DNA of 64,000 nucleotides from positions 1 through 64,000 of the forward strand of contig JAVJWO010000153.1 of NCBI GenBank assembly GCA_040222015.1, in the 5' to 3' direction. Under the pieces are notes generated by a model. It saw only the letters and a list, made by a program, of their open reading frames with translations. It was not told the DNA's origin and did not search any database. The position numbers were made by a program, and so were the translations under genes. This DNA comes from Coleofasciculus chthonoplastes F2-STO-03 (GTDB lineage: Bacteria > Cyanobacteriota > Cyanobacteriia > Cyanobacteriales > Coleofasciculaceae). Positions 20,292-29,535 of the stretch are shown one piece after another (within the stretch, counting starts at the first letter, position 1; the number at the start of each line of letters is the position of its first letter).

Positions 20292-21185
20292 TTACTTCAT
20301 CCACTTAACCAGATCTCGTCCCAGAAGGGTCTGAAGGTGTATAATATCTAGTTTATACATATCAACTAATTTTTCTCTGATGTCAGGGTCTAGAATTGTT
20401 TTTTTGCCAAGATTCTTCTGGGTGATACTCCGGTTAAGGCTGTGACGGAGTTTTTTAGGCAGTAAAGGCTTAAGCGCAGATTTAATCGGATTTTCTTTAG
20501 TAAGAATTGTTTGTAAAACCTTATTTTTAGGAATTCCTGATACATTCTCTCTGGTGAATTCTGGTGTAAAGTCATTATCTACACCCAGAAACTGATAAAT
20601 ATCTTTTACCACAGCACTGCTGTCAGCTACCAAATCATCATAAAGGTAAATCTTAATCTGTTCTCGTTCAAACGCTGCAAAATACTGCTTAATCCAATCG
20701 GCATAAAATCCTCGCTGCTTATAATACCAAAGCGGCTGCCATTTCTCTCTGATTCGACTTTCTTCTGCGTCCAGTCCTTCAGCAAAAGAAAGTGTCTCGT
20801 AACCATCCCGAACTAAATGCAGATAACTGGAAAAAGCTCGCTCGGCTGGATCGCGAAGAATGGCGATTAATTTAGCCTTAGGAATGTAGTGCTTGATCCG
20901 TGCGATCGCCTTCTGACTGTGAAGGTACAATGTAGACGCCTCACCAATCGCTATCTCGTTGGTAACACCTTGAAAAAGGCGGCAATAGTCCTCAATCTGA
21001 GTCACTGAACGACTATTTATTCCCTGTGCTAGACCTTGGAAATCAAGGGTCTCACCTTCTAAGGCAAAAAATCTCGGTTCTTTAATCGGACTCATGTAAA
21101 TTTGAGGATGTTGTTTTAAGTAGGAATAAAGCGAACTGGTTCCGGCTTTAGCTGCACCGATAATCAGAAAATTAGGCATGACCAT
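20292..21185 (-). CDS. Sulfotransferase (heparan-sulfate-ST-like PSB loop)
   Basis: PNFLIIGAAKAGTSSLY; GEAST; LRDPAERAFS. Confidence 0.93.
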   Translation of the reverse strand: MVMPNFLIIGAAKAGTSSLYSYLKQHPQIYMSPIKEPRFFALEGETLDFQGLAQGINSRSVTQIEDYCRLFQGVTNEIAIGEASTLYLHSQKAIARIKHYIPKAKLIAILRDPAERAFSSYLHLVRDGYETLSFAEGLDAEESRIREKWQPLWYYKQRGFYADWIKQYFAAFEREQIKIYLYDDLVADSSAVVKDIYQFLGVDNDFTPEFTRENVSGIPKNKVLQTILTKENPIKSALKPLLPKKLRHSLNRSITQKNLGKKTILDPDIREKLVDMYKLDIIHLQTLLGRDLVKWMK

Positions 21186-21200
21186 TTCAAAATTCCCTCC

Positions 21201-23189
21201 TTAATCTTTTTCAATGGTTAACAACTGATCAATGGGCGGATTTTTAATTTCCTGCAACTCCCCATCCGACCAAACTATCTTTATCGAATCTACTTGAGGA
21301 GTTTGTCCTAACCCAAAGTACAACCGATAATGTCCCTGAGAAAAGTGAGACCCTTCCGCTTGACCGACAGTTTGAACTTGAACCCCGTCAGACGTAATCA
21401 CCTCAACATGAGAACCAATGGCTTGGCGATTTTTAGGTAGTCCAATGAGTTGAACTTGTAGCCAATGGTTTGTCGCACCGATATTGGAATACAACTTCAC
21501 TTGCCAGAAGGAGGGTAAAGGAGATTGTGCAAATACTTTTTTGACGACCCGATTCAGGATAGAATCGTGATACCGTGTGGCTAAAAGTAAATCGCGATCG
21601 CCATCGTTATCAGCATCAAGCCAAGTGGCGCGAGACTCCAGTAATTCAGGGGATTTCACTTCTAGCATCTGAGTGGCTGTAAATTTGTGGTCTTGACCCT
21701 GGCGATATAACCCACCAGGTATTAGATGTAAATCAGTTAAACCGTCATTATCGTAATCCACCCAGTTAGCCGTCAAAGCTTGAGTTGGGAGTCCCACTTG
21801 CTGGGGTTCAACCACTTCATAAGTCCCGCGATTATTGATTAATAAGGCATTGGCGTTGGGTGACGCAAAAAATACATCTAAATCACCATCTGCATCATAG
21901 TCAGCAACTGTCAATTTATTGCTATCCTCAAATCTCTCAATCACACTTCCGGGATTTGAACCAATTAACTGAGGTTTAAATTGTCCAGAATCATTGACAT
22001 ATAACCAAAACGCTTTTTCATCAACCCAAACTAAATCAATATCTCTATCTCTATCTGCATCTAACCAGGCAAAGGTTCCCATGTTAGGAAGATCCAGATT
22101 AGTTTGGCTAGCCACGTTCACAAACGTACCATCGGAATCCTGACGGTAAAGCTGATTTGGGAACGTAGCCGTTCGACCAGCCGCTTGATAACATACCGTG
22201 TAAATATCGAGACGATTATCTGCATTAAAGTCCACCCAAGCCGTCTGTAAAGCTGGACAACCATCCTTGACAATTCCTGATTGATCAGTAATATCTTGAA
22301 ACGTCAGGTTACCCTGATCAACTAATAATTCATCGCTGAACCTCTCCGGAATTTTATCCATTCTCCCCTTGAGACCCCCGCGCACAATGAAAACATCAAC
22401 CATGCCTTCTGCATCATCATAGTCTGCCCAAGCCATGCCGTGACGGTCTCTTAAATATAGGGAGAATTCGTGGGACTGGGGATTGACAAATTGATTGCCA
22501 ACAAATACGCTATCTAATGGAAGTTCATTGCCGAGATTAAAATTGATTGGCAGGCTAACATTGTGAGGTGTAAAGACGAGTTTACCGTCATTACTTTCAC
22601 TTTTAAATTCCAAGGTTGACACAATGGCTCCGGAAGCAAGTTTGTCTTCTGTCACGTTGACATTAAATTGCTTATTTTCTTTGACGTTTAGGGGAGAAGA
22701 TAATTGAATTATTCCTTGAACTGAATTATTATTCTTATTGTTTTTTATAATTAAGCTTCTGTCCTTCCAGTAAATATAGATACCTGGATTACTAATTTTA
22801 GGCTCAGTTCCCGAATATTCAAGACCAGGAAAATCGTGGTCTTGATCCAGTCGCAACGACGATATCCTATTCTTAGTAAATTCTCCATTGCCTTCACCCA
22901 GCAAGAGTAACTGACTATGATTATGATTAGACGTGAAGATATCTAAATTTTTGTCATAATTAACATCAACAACGCCTAAGTCAAATAATCTAAACTCATG
23001 GGTTCGTAAAGGACTGGAAGTAAACCAGGTTTTATTTTCTGTAGAAAGATTTAATTCTTCATTGGCAGGTTGCCCAACGATATAGTTAATGCCAATCACT
23101 AATATAGCTGTACAAATCACTAACGCTAATGTACGAATAGTCACCAGTAGAGATTTAGTCTTTAAACGCTTAATCATTATTAGATGCAT
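21201..23189 (-). CDS. Membrane-anchored FG-GAP/ASPIC-UnbV (CRTAC1-like) protein
   Basis: N-terminal TM; FG-GAP motifs (WADYDD, WVDFNAD, VADYDADGD, WVDYDNDG); NRQAIGSHV...LYFGLG...IVWSDG. Confidence 0.85.
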   Translation of the reverse strand: MHLIMIKRLKTKSLLVTIRTLALVICTAILVIGINYIVGQPANEELNLSTENKTWFTSSPLRTHEFRLFDLGVVDVNYDKNLDIFTSNHNHSQLLLLGEGNGEFTKNRISSLRLDQDHDFPGLEYSGTEPKISNPGIYIYWKDRSLIIKNNKNNNSVQGIIQLSSPLNVKENKQFNVNVTEDKLASGAIVSTLEFKSESNDGKLVFTPHNVSLPINFNLGNELPLDSVFVGNQFVNPQSHEFSLYLRDRHGMAWADYDDAEGMVDVFIVRGGLKGRMDKIPERFSDELLVDQGNLTFQDITDQSGIVKDGCPALQTAWVDFNADNRLDIYTVCYQAAGRTATFPNQLYRQDSDGTFVNVASQTNLDLPNMGTFAWLDADRDRDIDLVWVDEKAFWLYVNDSGQFKPQLIGSNPGSVIERFEDSNKLTVADYDADGDLDVFFASPNANALLINNRGTYEVVEPQQVGLPTQALTANWVDYDNDGLTDLHLIPGGLYRQGQDHKFTATQMLEVKSPELLESRATWLDADNDGDRDLLLATRYHDSILNRVVKKVFAQSPLPSFWQVKLYSNIGATNHWLQVQLIGLPKNRQAIGSHVEVITSDGVQVQTVGQAEGSHFSQGHYRLYFGLGQTPQVDSIKIVWSDGELQEIKNPPIDQLLTIEKD

Positions 23190-23215
23190 TTTTTAGATTC
23201 AGCCCCAAAACTCAT

Positions 23216-24109
23216 TCATGTTATCCAGTGAGAAAGGTCTCGTTGGATCAGATTCTGAAGCTTTAAAATATCTTCTTTGTATAGTTTCAGCAAGTCTTGG
23301 CGATCCTCTGGCAATAAAATAGGTTTCGCTCCCAAGTTTTGTTTGTCAAACTTTTCAGCAATACTTCGACGAAGCTGTTCCGAAAAAAACGGTTTTAACG
23401 CCGACTTGATCGGGTTGTCTCGATTAAACAAAGAATAAAGCCGCCTACTTTTAGGAACGCCAGATATATTTTTTCGACTTAAGTCGGGGATAAATGTATC
23501 ATCTACACCCAAAAATCTAAAAATATCTTGGACAACAGCCGTTGAGTTTGCCGCGAGTTCTTCATAAAGGTAGAGTTTGATCTGCGATCGCTCAAATGTA
23601 TCAAAGTAACGCTTGAGCTGAGTATAATAGAATCCTTGTTGCTTATAGTAAAAAAGGGGGGCCCATTTCTGCTGTATTCGGGTTGGCTCCTCCCTTAAAG
23701 CCTCGGCAAAGGAAAGGGTTTCATAGCCTTCTCGAACTAAGTGAGCAAAACTGGAGAAAGCCCGATCAACAGGATGACGCAGGATGGCGATGAGCTTTAC
23801 ATTGGGGAGGTAGTGCTTTATTCTTATCGCTGCTTTAAAGCTGTAAAGGTAAAGTGGAGAGGCTTCACCGATCGCAATCTGATCGGACACATCCTGAAAC
23901 AGTTCGCTGTAGGCAGCTAGACTGGTTCTAGAGGTCCGATTGATCCCTTGATCCGGACCTTGAAAATCAAGGGATTCCCCCTCTAATGCAAAGAATTTGG
24001 GTTCCTTAACCGGACTCATATAAATTTGCGGGTGTTGTTGGAGATAGTAATAGAGAGAGCTAGTTCCCGCTTTCGCCGCACCGATAATCAAAAAATTAGG
24101 AAGTACCAT
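23216..24109 (-). CDS. Sulfotransferase (heparan-sulfate-ST-like PSB loop)
   Basis: MVLPNFLIIGAAKAGTSSLY (ATG 24109 preferred); GEASP; LRHPVDRAFS. Confidence 0.93.
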   Translation of the reverse strand: MVLPNFLIIGAAKAGTSSLYYYLQQHPQIYMSPVKEPKFFALEGESLDFQGPDQGINRTSRTSLAAYSELFQDVSDQIAIGEASPLYLYSFKAAIRIKHYLPNVKLIAILRHPVDRAFSSFAHLVREGYETLSFAEALREEPTRIQQKWAPLFYYKQQGFYYTQLKRYFDTFERSQIKLYLYEELAANSTAVVQDIFRFLGVDDTFIPDLSRKNISGVPKSRRLYSLFNRDNPIKSALKPFFSEQLRRSIAEKFDKQNLGAKPILLPEDRQDLLKLYKEDILKLQNLIQRDLSHWIT

Positions 24110-24125
24110 AAAATTACCTGATTTC

Positions 24126-25976
24126 CTATCTGACTTGCCCCAATTCATGCTGCATTTGGTGATAGTTCCAAAGCTTACCCCGATGTTCTAACAACTCCTG
24201 ATATCCTCCCTGTTCCACAATCTGCCCTTGCTCAAGCACCACAACCTTATCCGCCCGCATAATCGTCGATAACCGATGGGCGATCGCAATCACGGTTCGT
24301 CCCACTGAAAGTTGCTCTAATGACTCCTGAATCAGCCGCTCTGACACCGAGTCTAAAGCACTCGTGGCTTCATCCAGAATCAGAATATCCGGATTACGCA
24401 CCAGAGCTCGCGCGATCGCAATCCGTTGTCGTTGTCCTCCTGATAACCTCACTCCGCGATCGCCTAATACAGTATCAAACCCTTGGGGCATTTCTTCGAT
24501 AAACTCCAAGGCATTGGCTAAATGAGCCGCTTCCCGAATGGCTGTTTCATCGGCTGCTTCTGTGCCGTAAGCAATATTATTGCGAACCGATGTATTAAAA
24601 ATAAACGTGTCCTGACTAACAATCGCCAGCCGACGACGTACCGAATTAATTTCAAATTCCCGCAAATCAATGCCATCCAGCAAAACTTTGCCGTCTGTTG
24701 GATCATAGAATCGGGGAATCAGATCCGCTAGGGTAGTTTTACCCGCACCCGACGCCCCCACCAAAGCCGTCGTCTTTCCTCGTTCAATGGTTAGCGTAAC
24801 CTTATGCAAAACAAGATTATCTGCCTCATACCCAAAATCGACACCGACAAACTCAATCCCTCGTTGTAAGCCTTGAAACTGAACGGTTCCATCTTGGAAA
24901 TAGGGTTTATTATCAGTCCTGAGTAACTCTTTAATATTATTCAGCGACCCTTGAAAATCACCGAGTTTGGCTCGAGTTCCATTAAACTGACGGACAATGG
25001 GCATCAGGCGAAATAAGACGAAGAGGAACGTCAAAAAGGCAGCGGGTTGTAGCTGATTATTGGGAATAAACGTCGCAAAAGCAAACAGTAACATTCCGAT
25101 AATAATCGTAATGGACATCCCCTCCGAAAGCGGTCCGACCAAATTACTCGCTTTCACGATTTTGGTCATCGTCTTGACAATGCCTGAGCTGGCCTCATAA
25201 AAACGCCTACGTTCAAAATCCTGGGTAGCAAAGGCGTGAACCGTGCGAATTCCGCTGATAAATTCAACGGCTGTGGCGACAAACATTCCATTGGCTTTTG
25301 ACCGTTCAAAGCTGGCTTCTCGTACCCGAGCAATCAATGTTGATACTCCAACGGAAAGCAGCGTAAACAACATTAAGGAAATGATCGTCAGTTGCCAGGA
25401 TATCAACACCATTGAGATAATATAAGCAATGAGCGTTGAACCCCGAGTAAACAGAAAAGCCATCACTTCAAACGACTGTTTAATTTGCTCAATTTCCGTC
25501 GTTAAACTATTGAGCAGTTCACCCGAACGAGTCTTAGAAAAATATCTCAGACTCAATCCTTGAAGCTGTTCAAACATTTGCTTTCGCAGCCCATCAATGA
25601 GATTAATCTGAGCAATCTTACTATAAACCAGTCCTAAGTAAGTCAACCCACATCGCAGCCAAGTAACCACTAGAATCAGAGCAGATACCCGATAGAGTCG
25701 TTCTCTAGCGGGTGCATTGACCGCTAATACCCAAACATCAAGCCACTCAATTCCCGTTTTAATTGGCTCCGCTTCTGGGCTGGTAAAACTTTGTAAGAAG
25801 GAAAGGATAAACCCAACTCCGAATCCTTCAAAAATTGCCGCCAGTAATGTAAACACCACAGCCAGAACGGCAATTTTACGAAAGTTTTTAAACTCCCGAA
25901 AGATAAAAGCATTATCTTGCCAAAACTTTGTGGTTTTGAGGAAATTGCGGATTGGGTTAGGAACCTGTAGGGGCAT
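24126..25976 (-). CDS. hepA: ABC transporter permease/ATPase, HepA-type
   Basis: TM domain plus GASGAGKT, LSGGQRQR, ILDEATS; FWQDN N-terminus; directly follows a hepC-like gene. Confidence 0.82.
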   Translation of the reverse strand: MPLQVPNPIRNFLKTTKFWQDNAFIFREFKNFRKIAVLAVVFTLLAAIFEGFGVGFILSFLQSFTSPEAEPIKTGIEWLDVWVLAVNAPARERLYRVSALILVVTWLRCGLTYLGLVYSKIAQINLIDGLRKQMFEQLQGLSLRYFSKTRSGELLNSLTTEIEQIKQSFEVMAFLFTRGSTLIAYIISMVLISWQLTIISLMLFTLLSVGVSTLIARVREASFERSKANGMFVATAVEFISGIRTVHAFATQDFERRRFYEASSGIVKTMTKIVKASNLVGPLSEGMSITIIIGMLLFAFATFIPNNQLQPAAFLTFLFVLFRLMPIVRQFNGTRAKLGDFQGSLNNIKELLRTDNKPYFQDGTVQFQGLQRGIEFVGVDFGYEADNLVLHKVTLTIERGKTTALVGASGAGKTTLADLIPRFYDPTDGKVLLDGIDLREFEINSVRRRLAIVSQDTFIFNTSVRNNIAYGTEAADETAIREAAHLANALEFIEEMPQGFDTVLGDRGVRLSGGQRQRIAIARALVRNPDILILDEATSALDSVSERLIQESLEQLSVGRTVIAIAHRLSTIMRADKVVVLEQGQIVEQGGYQELLEHRGKLWNYHQMQHELGQVR

Positions 25977-26100
25977 GGGTATTTGATCAACAGCAGGGTT
26001 AGACTAGGGGTCGGTTGGGAGCCTCTCGATGCCAGCGAAAACATTCATTCACTTGAAACGTTTTCGGTTCAGATGACAACAGAGACCTGGGCAACTTTTT

Positions 26101-27024
26101 CTAGTAAGCGCCAAAACCGGAGAGTACTTTGGGTATTATTCTCAACAGCAGCATGAGATCCTGCCGCACTGACCAACGACGGAGATAGTCGAGATCCCAA
26201 TGATTAATTGTTTCCAAATCCAGCAGAGTTGACCGGGCTTCTACCTGCCAACTTCCCGTAATTCCAGGTCGGGCATTCAACCGCCGTTTTCCTTCGGGGC
26301 TAATCCGCACAGCATCATACAAAGCCCAAGGGCGGGGTCCAACTAAGCTGAGTTCACCCCGTAATACATTAATTAACTGGGGTAATTCATCCAAGCTGTA
26401 CTTTCGCATCCAACGCCCTAAGGGGGTCACGCGGGGGTCATCTTTGCGCTTGTGTAATCCTGGCATATTACCCATAACTTGATGGTGCTGCTCCTCTGCA
26501 TCCACCACCATTGTGCGAAACTTGAAAATCCGGAAAAACCTGCCTCGTTTCCCAATCCGCCATTGCTTGAAGAAAATTGGTCCTGGCGAGGACATACGAA
26601 CCCAAAATGCTAATAGCAGCAGGATGGGACTCAACACCAGTAATAAGAAAGAAGCCGCGAGTACATCAATAATACGCTTGAGAAACCAATTTAGGGGACG
26701 GCGCTTTCTCGGTAATTCCCGAAGAGAAGGAATTCGCAGAAAGACGGGCTTCCCCGCTTGCTCACAAGCATCCGCCCAACGCTTGAGTTGAGTCTCTCCC
26801 AGTTCATAATCTAAGGAAACGAGTTTGACGGGAGAACGTTTCAAACATTCAGTTAACCGTTGCTCATTCTCCAAGGTACTCAGACATGGATGGTTGGCTA
26901 CATCCTTGCGCCTGACCAGCAATTTATTCTGTCGCCACTTCAGCATGCACGAGTGTGGACAATGCTGTTTTTTCGGCTCATGAGTAAATTTTTGAGTGTT
27001 AAGTTCAATTTGAGAGAGGGTCAT
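26101..27024 (-). CDS. hepC: Priming sugar transferase, HepC-type
   Basis: N-terminal LKWRQNKLLV...WADAC domain; KRIIDV, FKFRTM, DDPRVT, SLDELPQL, SLVGPRP. Confidence 0.82.
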   Translation of the reverse strand: MTLSQIELNTQKFTHEPKKQHCPHSCMLKWRQNKLLVRRKDVANHPCLSTLENEQRLTECLKRSPVKLVSLDYELGETQLKRWADACEQAGKPVFLRIPSLRELPRKRRPLNWFLKRIIDVLAASFLLLVLSPILLLLAFWVRMSSPGPIFFKQWRIGKRGRFFRIFKFRTMVVDAEEQHHQVMGNMPGLHKRKDDPRVTPLGRWMRKYSLDELPQLINVLRGELSLVGPRPWALYDAVRISPEGKRRLNARPGITGSWQVEARSTLLDLETINHWDLDYLRRWSVRQDLMLLLRIIPKVLSGFGAY

Positions 27025-27328
27025 TTGTCTCAGTAAGTAGATGGGTTTAGGTATTAAATCCAGTTAAACGAGAATCCTCCACGCTTCTAGCGTACTTGCC
27101 CCAGATTCGTATTTTACTTTTGCGGTATAATAGTTTGATTCTAATTGAATCCAAACATCTTCATCTCAATTTTTTGTAAAGATTTGATGAAGATTAGGTA
27201 GTCGGACTCAATTAGAGTTGAGTCTGAAGACAGGAGAACGGAGAATAGTAATGATATGACGCTTGTTAGTTAATCTTTTTCAGGACAGGCGACTTGTCCA
27301 ATGACCAATGAAAAATAGTCAATAATAC

Positions 27329-29530
27329 CTAATTAAGCTCTAGTAATTGATGTTTACTCTGTTGAGCATAAGCCACATAACGATTAGTATAACTACTAGC
27401 GCCATTTGCCACCACACCGATCGCGTTTAAGGGACCGAGCAGATTGGTTGCCTCAGTCAGTTCTGATTGCGTCACCCGATCTAAGCGGGCAACCAATACC
27501 ACACCCTGACAAAATGAAGCCGCTTGCATAGCATCGACAATGCCCAGAACTGGCGGAGTATCGAGTAACACCAAGTCATAACGCTGTTCAAACGTTGCCA
27601 TTAATTGCTTCATTCGTTGAGAACTCAGCAACTTAACCGGATCGGGTGGCGTTGGTCCAGCCGTTAATACCTCAATCTCGACACCGAAAAGGGAAAGCTG
27701 CTGTGGAGTAACTTCTGACGTTTGATCAGCAAGTATCGTTGCCAATCCTTGATCATTAGACAAGTGAAGCTGTTGGTGCAGCGTCGGACGGCGCAAATCC
27801 GCATCAATTAAGAGTACCCGCTGGTGTAAGCGAGCGGCACTCAATGTCAAACCCAATACGAAGGTGGACTTCCCCTCACCAGGTAGAGCGGACGTGATCA
27901 CCAGAGATTTGAGTATGGCATCGGCGTTTAACAGTTGGATATGTTTATAGATCAGATCTAACGATTCCCGCCAGGGCAGCGATTGCAGCATGGGAAGGGT
28001 TTCCGGTTCAGGAGTGGGCGACTTACTGAAGGGAAAGTGCATCAGCCGCCCATTTGTACTCAGGCGAGGTAATTGGGGTAAGATACCCAGTAAAGGCAGT
28101 GCCACCCGTTGCTTCAACTGATCTGAGGTATGCACAGAATCATCCAGCGCTTCCCGTCCAAAAGCCGCTACTCCGCCCAAGAAAAACCCCACCACTATAG
28201 TCAAGATTAAGTCCTGCTTTGTGTTCGGACCCAGTTGCTTGCCTAAGTGGGGGGCTTCCACCACTTGCCATTTAAATCCGCCCCTAGCAATTTCAATACC
28301 TAACTCCTGTCGGGCTGCGAGGAGTTTTTGCAGGGTATTGCGTTCAACTTGCACCTCGGGTTGCAGGCGTTCGTACTCCGCTATCAGTTGAGGAAAGCGA
28401 CTCAGTTGCGCCTGAAGTTGCTGCTGAGTTTGTGCCAAACTCTGATCCCTGGCTTCTAGGGCTTCCAGGTTGGTTTTGGCTTCCACAAGCTGGCGCGAAA
28501 TATTCAAATCTGTATCTCCCAACTGTCCAGCTTGCTCTAAGCTTTCTGTTGTTTCTAGTCGCACTTCTCCTAATACCCGATTGGCTTCTGCTTGCAACAG
28601 TTCCTGTTGACGCTGACGCTGTTGCCGCAGTCGCTGCACACTCGGATCAGCATCGGTAAATCTCACCCGTTGCTCTGCCAAGGTGAGTTCTGTCTTTTGC
28701 AGTTCATCCAGCAGGGTTTGGTAACGGGATGACTCACTTAAACGGGAAGCGGTGAGTGCTGTTTGGGGAGAACGTGCCAGTTGTTGTTGTAGTTGTTGAT
28801 AACGCGCCCTGGTTTCTTGAGACTGAGCGTGGATTGCTTCTCGCTCTTGCTTAATCATGTTCAGCCTTTCTGTTACCGTTGTGGCTTGCTGCTGCGGGTC
28901 AATCAGGTTCTGGGTTTGGCGAAACTGTTCTAGGGCTTGCTCAGCTTGGCTGACGCTCTCTCGTGCCGTGGGTAACTGGTTATTAATAAATGCTAAACCT
29001 TCGGCGATGCGTTGTTGCTGCTGCTGGAGGCTGAACTCCTGATAAACCTTTTGAATCGCTTCTAGAACGTTTTGGGTTTTAACCGGATCATTGCTGGTAT
29101 AGTCCACTTGTACAATCTTAGTCTCTGTTTTACCCTCCTGCTTCCGGGTAACCGTCAAGGATTCCTTGAGGGCTTCCACTTTAAGGTTTGGGTATCGGTG
29201 GTGGAGCAAATCCACTGCTTGTTGCAGAAGTTGAGTACTCCGCATCAGGTTTAACTGGGTGGCGTAGTCTACTTCTAGATTCGAGTCTTTCACCTGATCT
29301 TCAAACGCCGGTTGTCTATTTTGATTATTTTCTTTAAAGTACGGCTCAACCAATAGTTGCATGGAACTCCGGTAGGTAGGCGTTTTGGTCAACGACAAAG
29401 GAATTGCGATCGCCAAAATCGCACAAAATATACCAAAAAGCCAAAAGCGTCGGCGTACTAGAATGGCAAACAGTTGCCCGTAACCAAAATCGGTATCTGC
29501 TCCCTGGGAATTATTTGATGTCACTGTCAC
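27329..29530 (-). CDS. wzc: Polysaccharide co-polymerase/tyrosine autokinase (Wzc/GumC-like)
   Basis: Two TM helices around a coiled coil; Walker A GEGKS, IDADLRRP, LLDTPP; C-terminal tyrosines. Confidence 0.88.
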   Translation of the reverse strand: MTVTSNNSQGADTDFGYGQLFAILVRRRFWLFGIFCAILAIAIPLSLTKTPTYRSSMQLLVEPYFKENNQNRQPAFEDQVKDSNLEVDYATQLNLMRSTQLLQQAVDLLHHRYPNLKVEALKESLTVTRKQEGKTETKIVQVDYTSNDPVKTQNVLEAIQKVYQEFSLQQQQQRIAEGLAFINNQLPTARESVSQAEQALEQFRQTQNLIDPQQQATTVTERLNMIKQEREAIHAQSQETRARYQQLQQQLARSPQTALTASRLSESSRYQTLLDELQKTELTLAEQRVRFTDADPSVQRLRQQRQRQQELLQAEANRVLGEVRLETTESLEQAGQLGDTDLNISRQLVEAKTNLEALEARDQSLAQTQQQLQAQLSRFPQLIAEYERLQPEVQVERNTLQKLLAARQELGIEIARGGFKWQVVEAPHLGKQLGPNTKQDLILTIVVGFFLGGVAAFGREALDDSVHTSDQLKQRVALPLLGILPQLPRLSTNGRLMHFPFSKSPTPEPETLPMLQSLPWRESLDLIYKHIQLLNADAILKSLVITSALPGEGKSTFVLGLTLSAARLHQRVLLIDADLRRPTLHQQLHLSNDQGLATILADQTSEVTPQQLSLFGVEIEVLTAGPTPPDPVKLLSSQRMKQLMATFEQRYDLVLLDTPPVLGIVDAMQAASFCQGVVLVARLDRVTQSELTEATNLLGPLNAIGVVANGASSYTNRYVAYAQQSKHQLLELN

Positions 29531-29535
29531 TATCC

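Noticed and set aside
15397..20304. ORFs 15397-15621 and 20014-20304 (likewise 3597-3845)
   Set aside because: Chance reading frames through MITE or palindrome sequence
27070..27095. GAATCCTCCACGCTTCTAGCGT resembling an IS200/IS605 end
   Set aside because: Too short and incomplete to call
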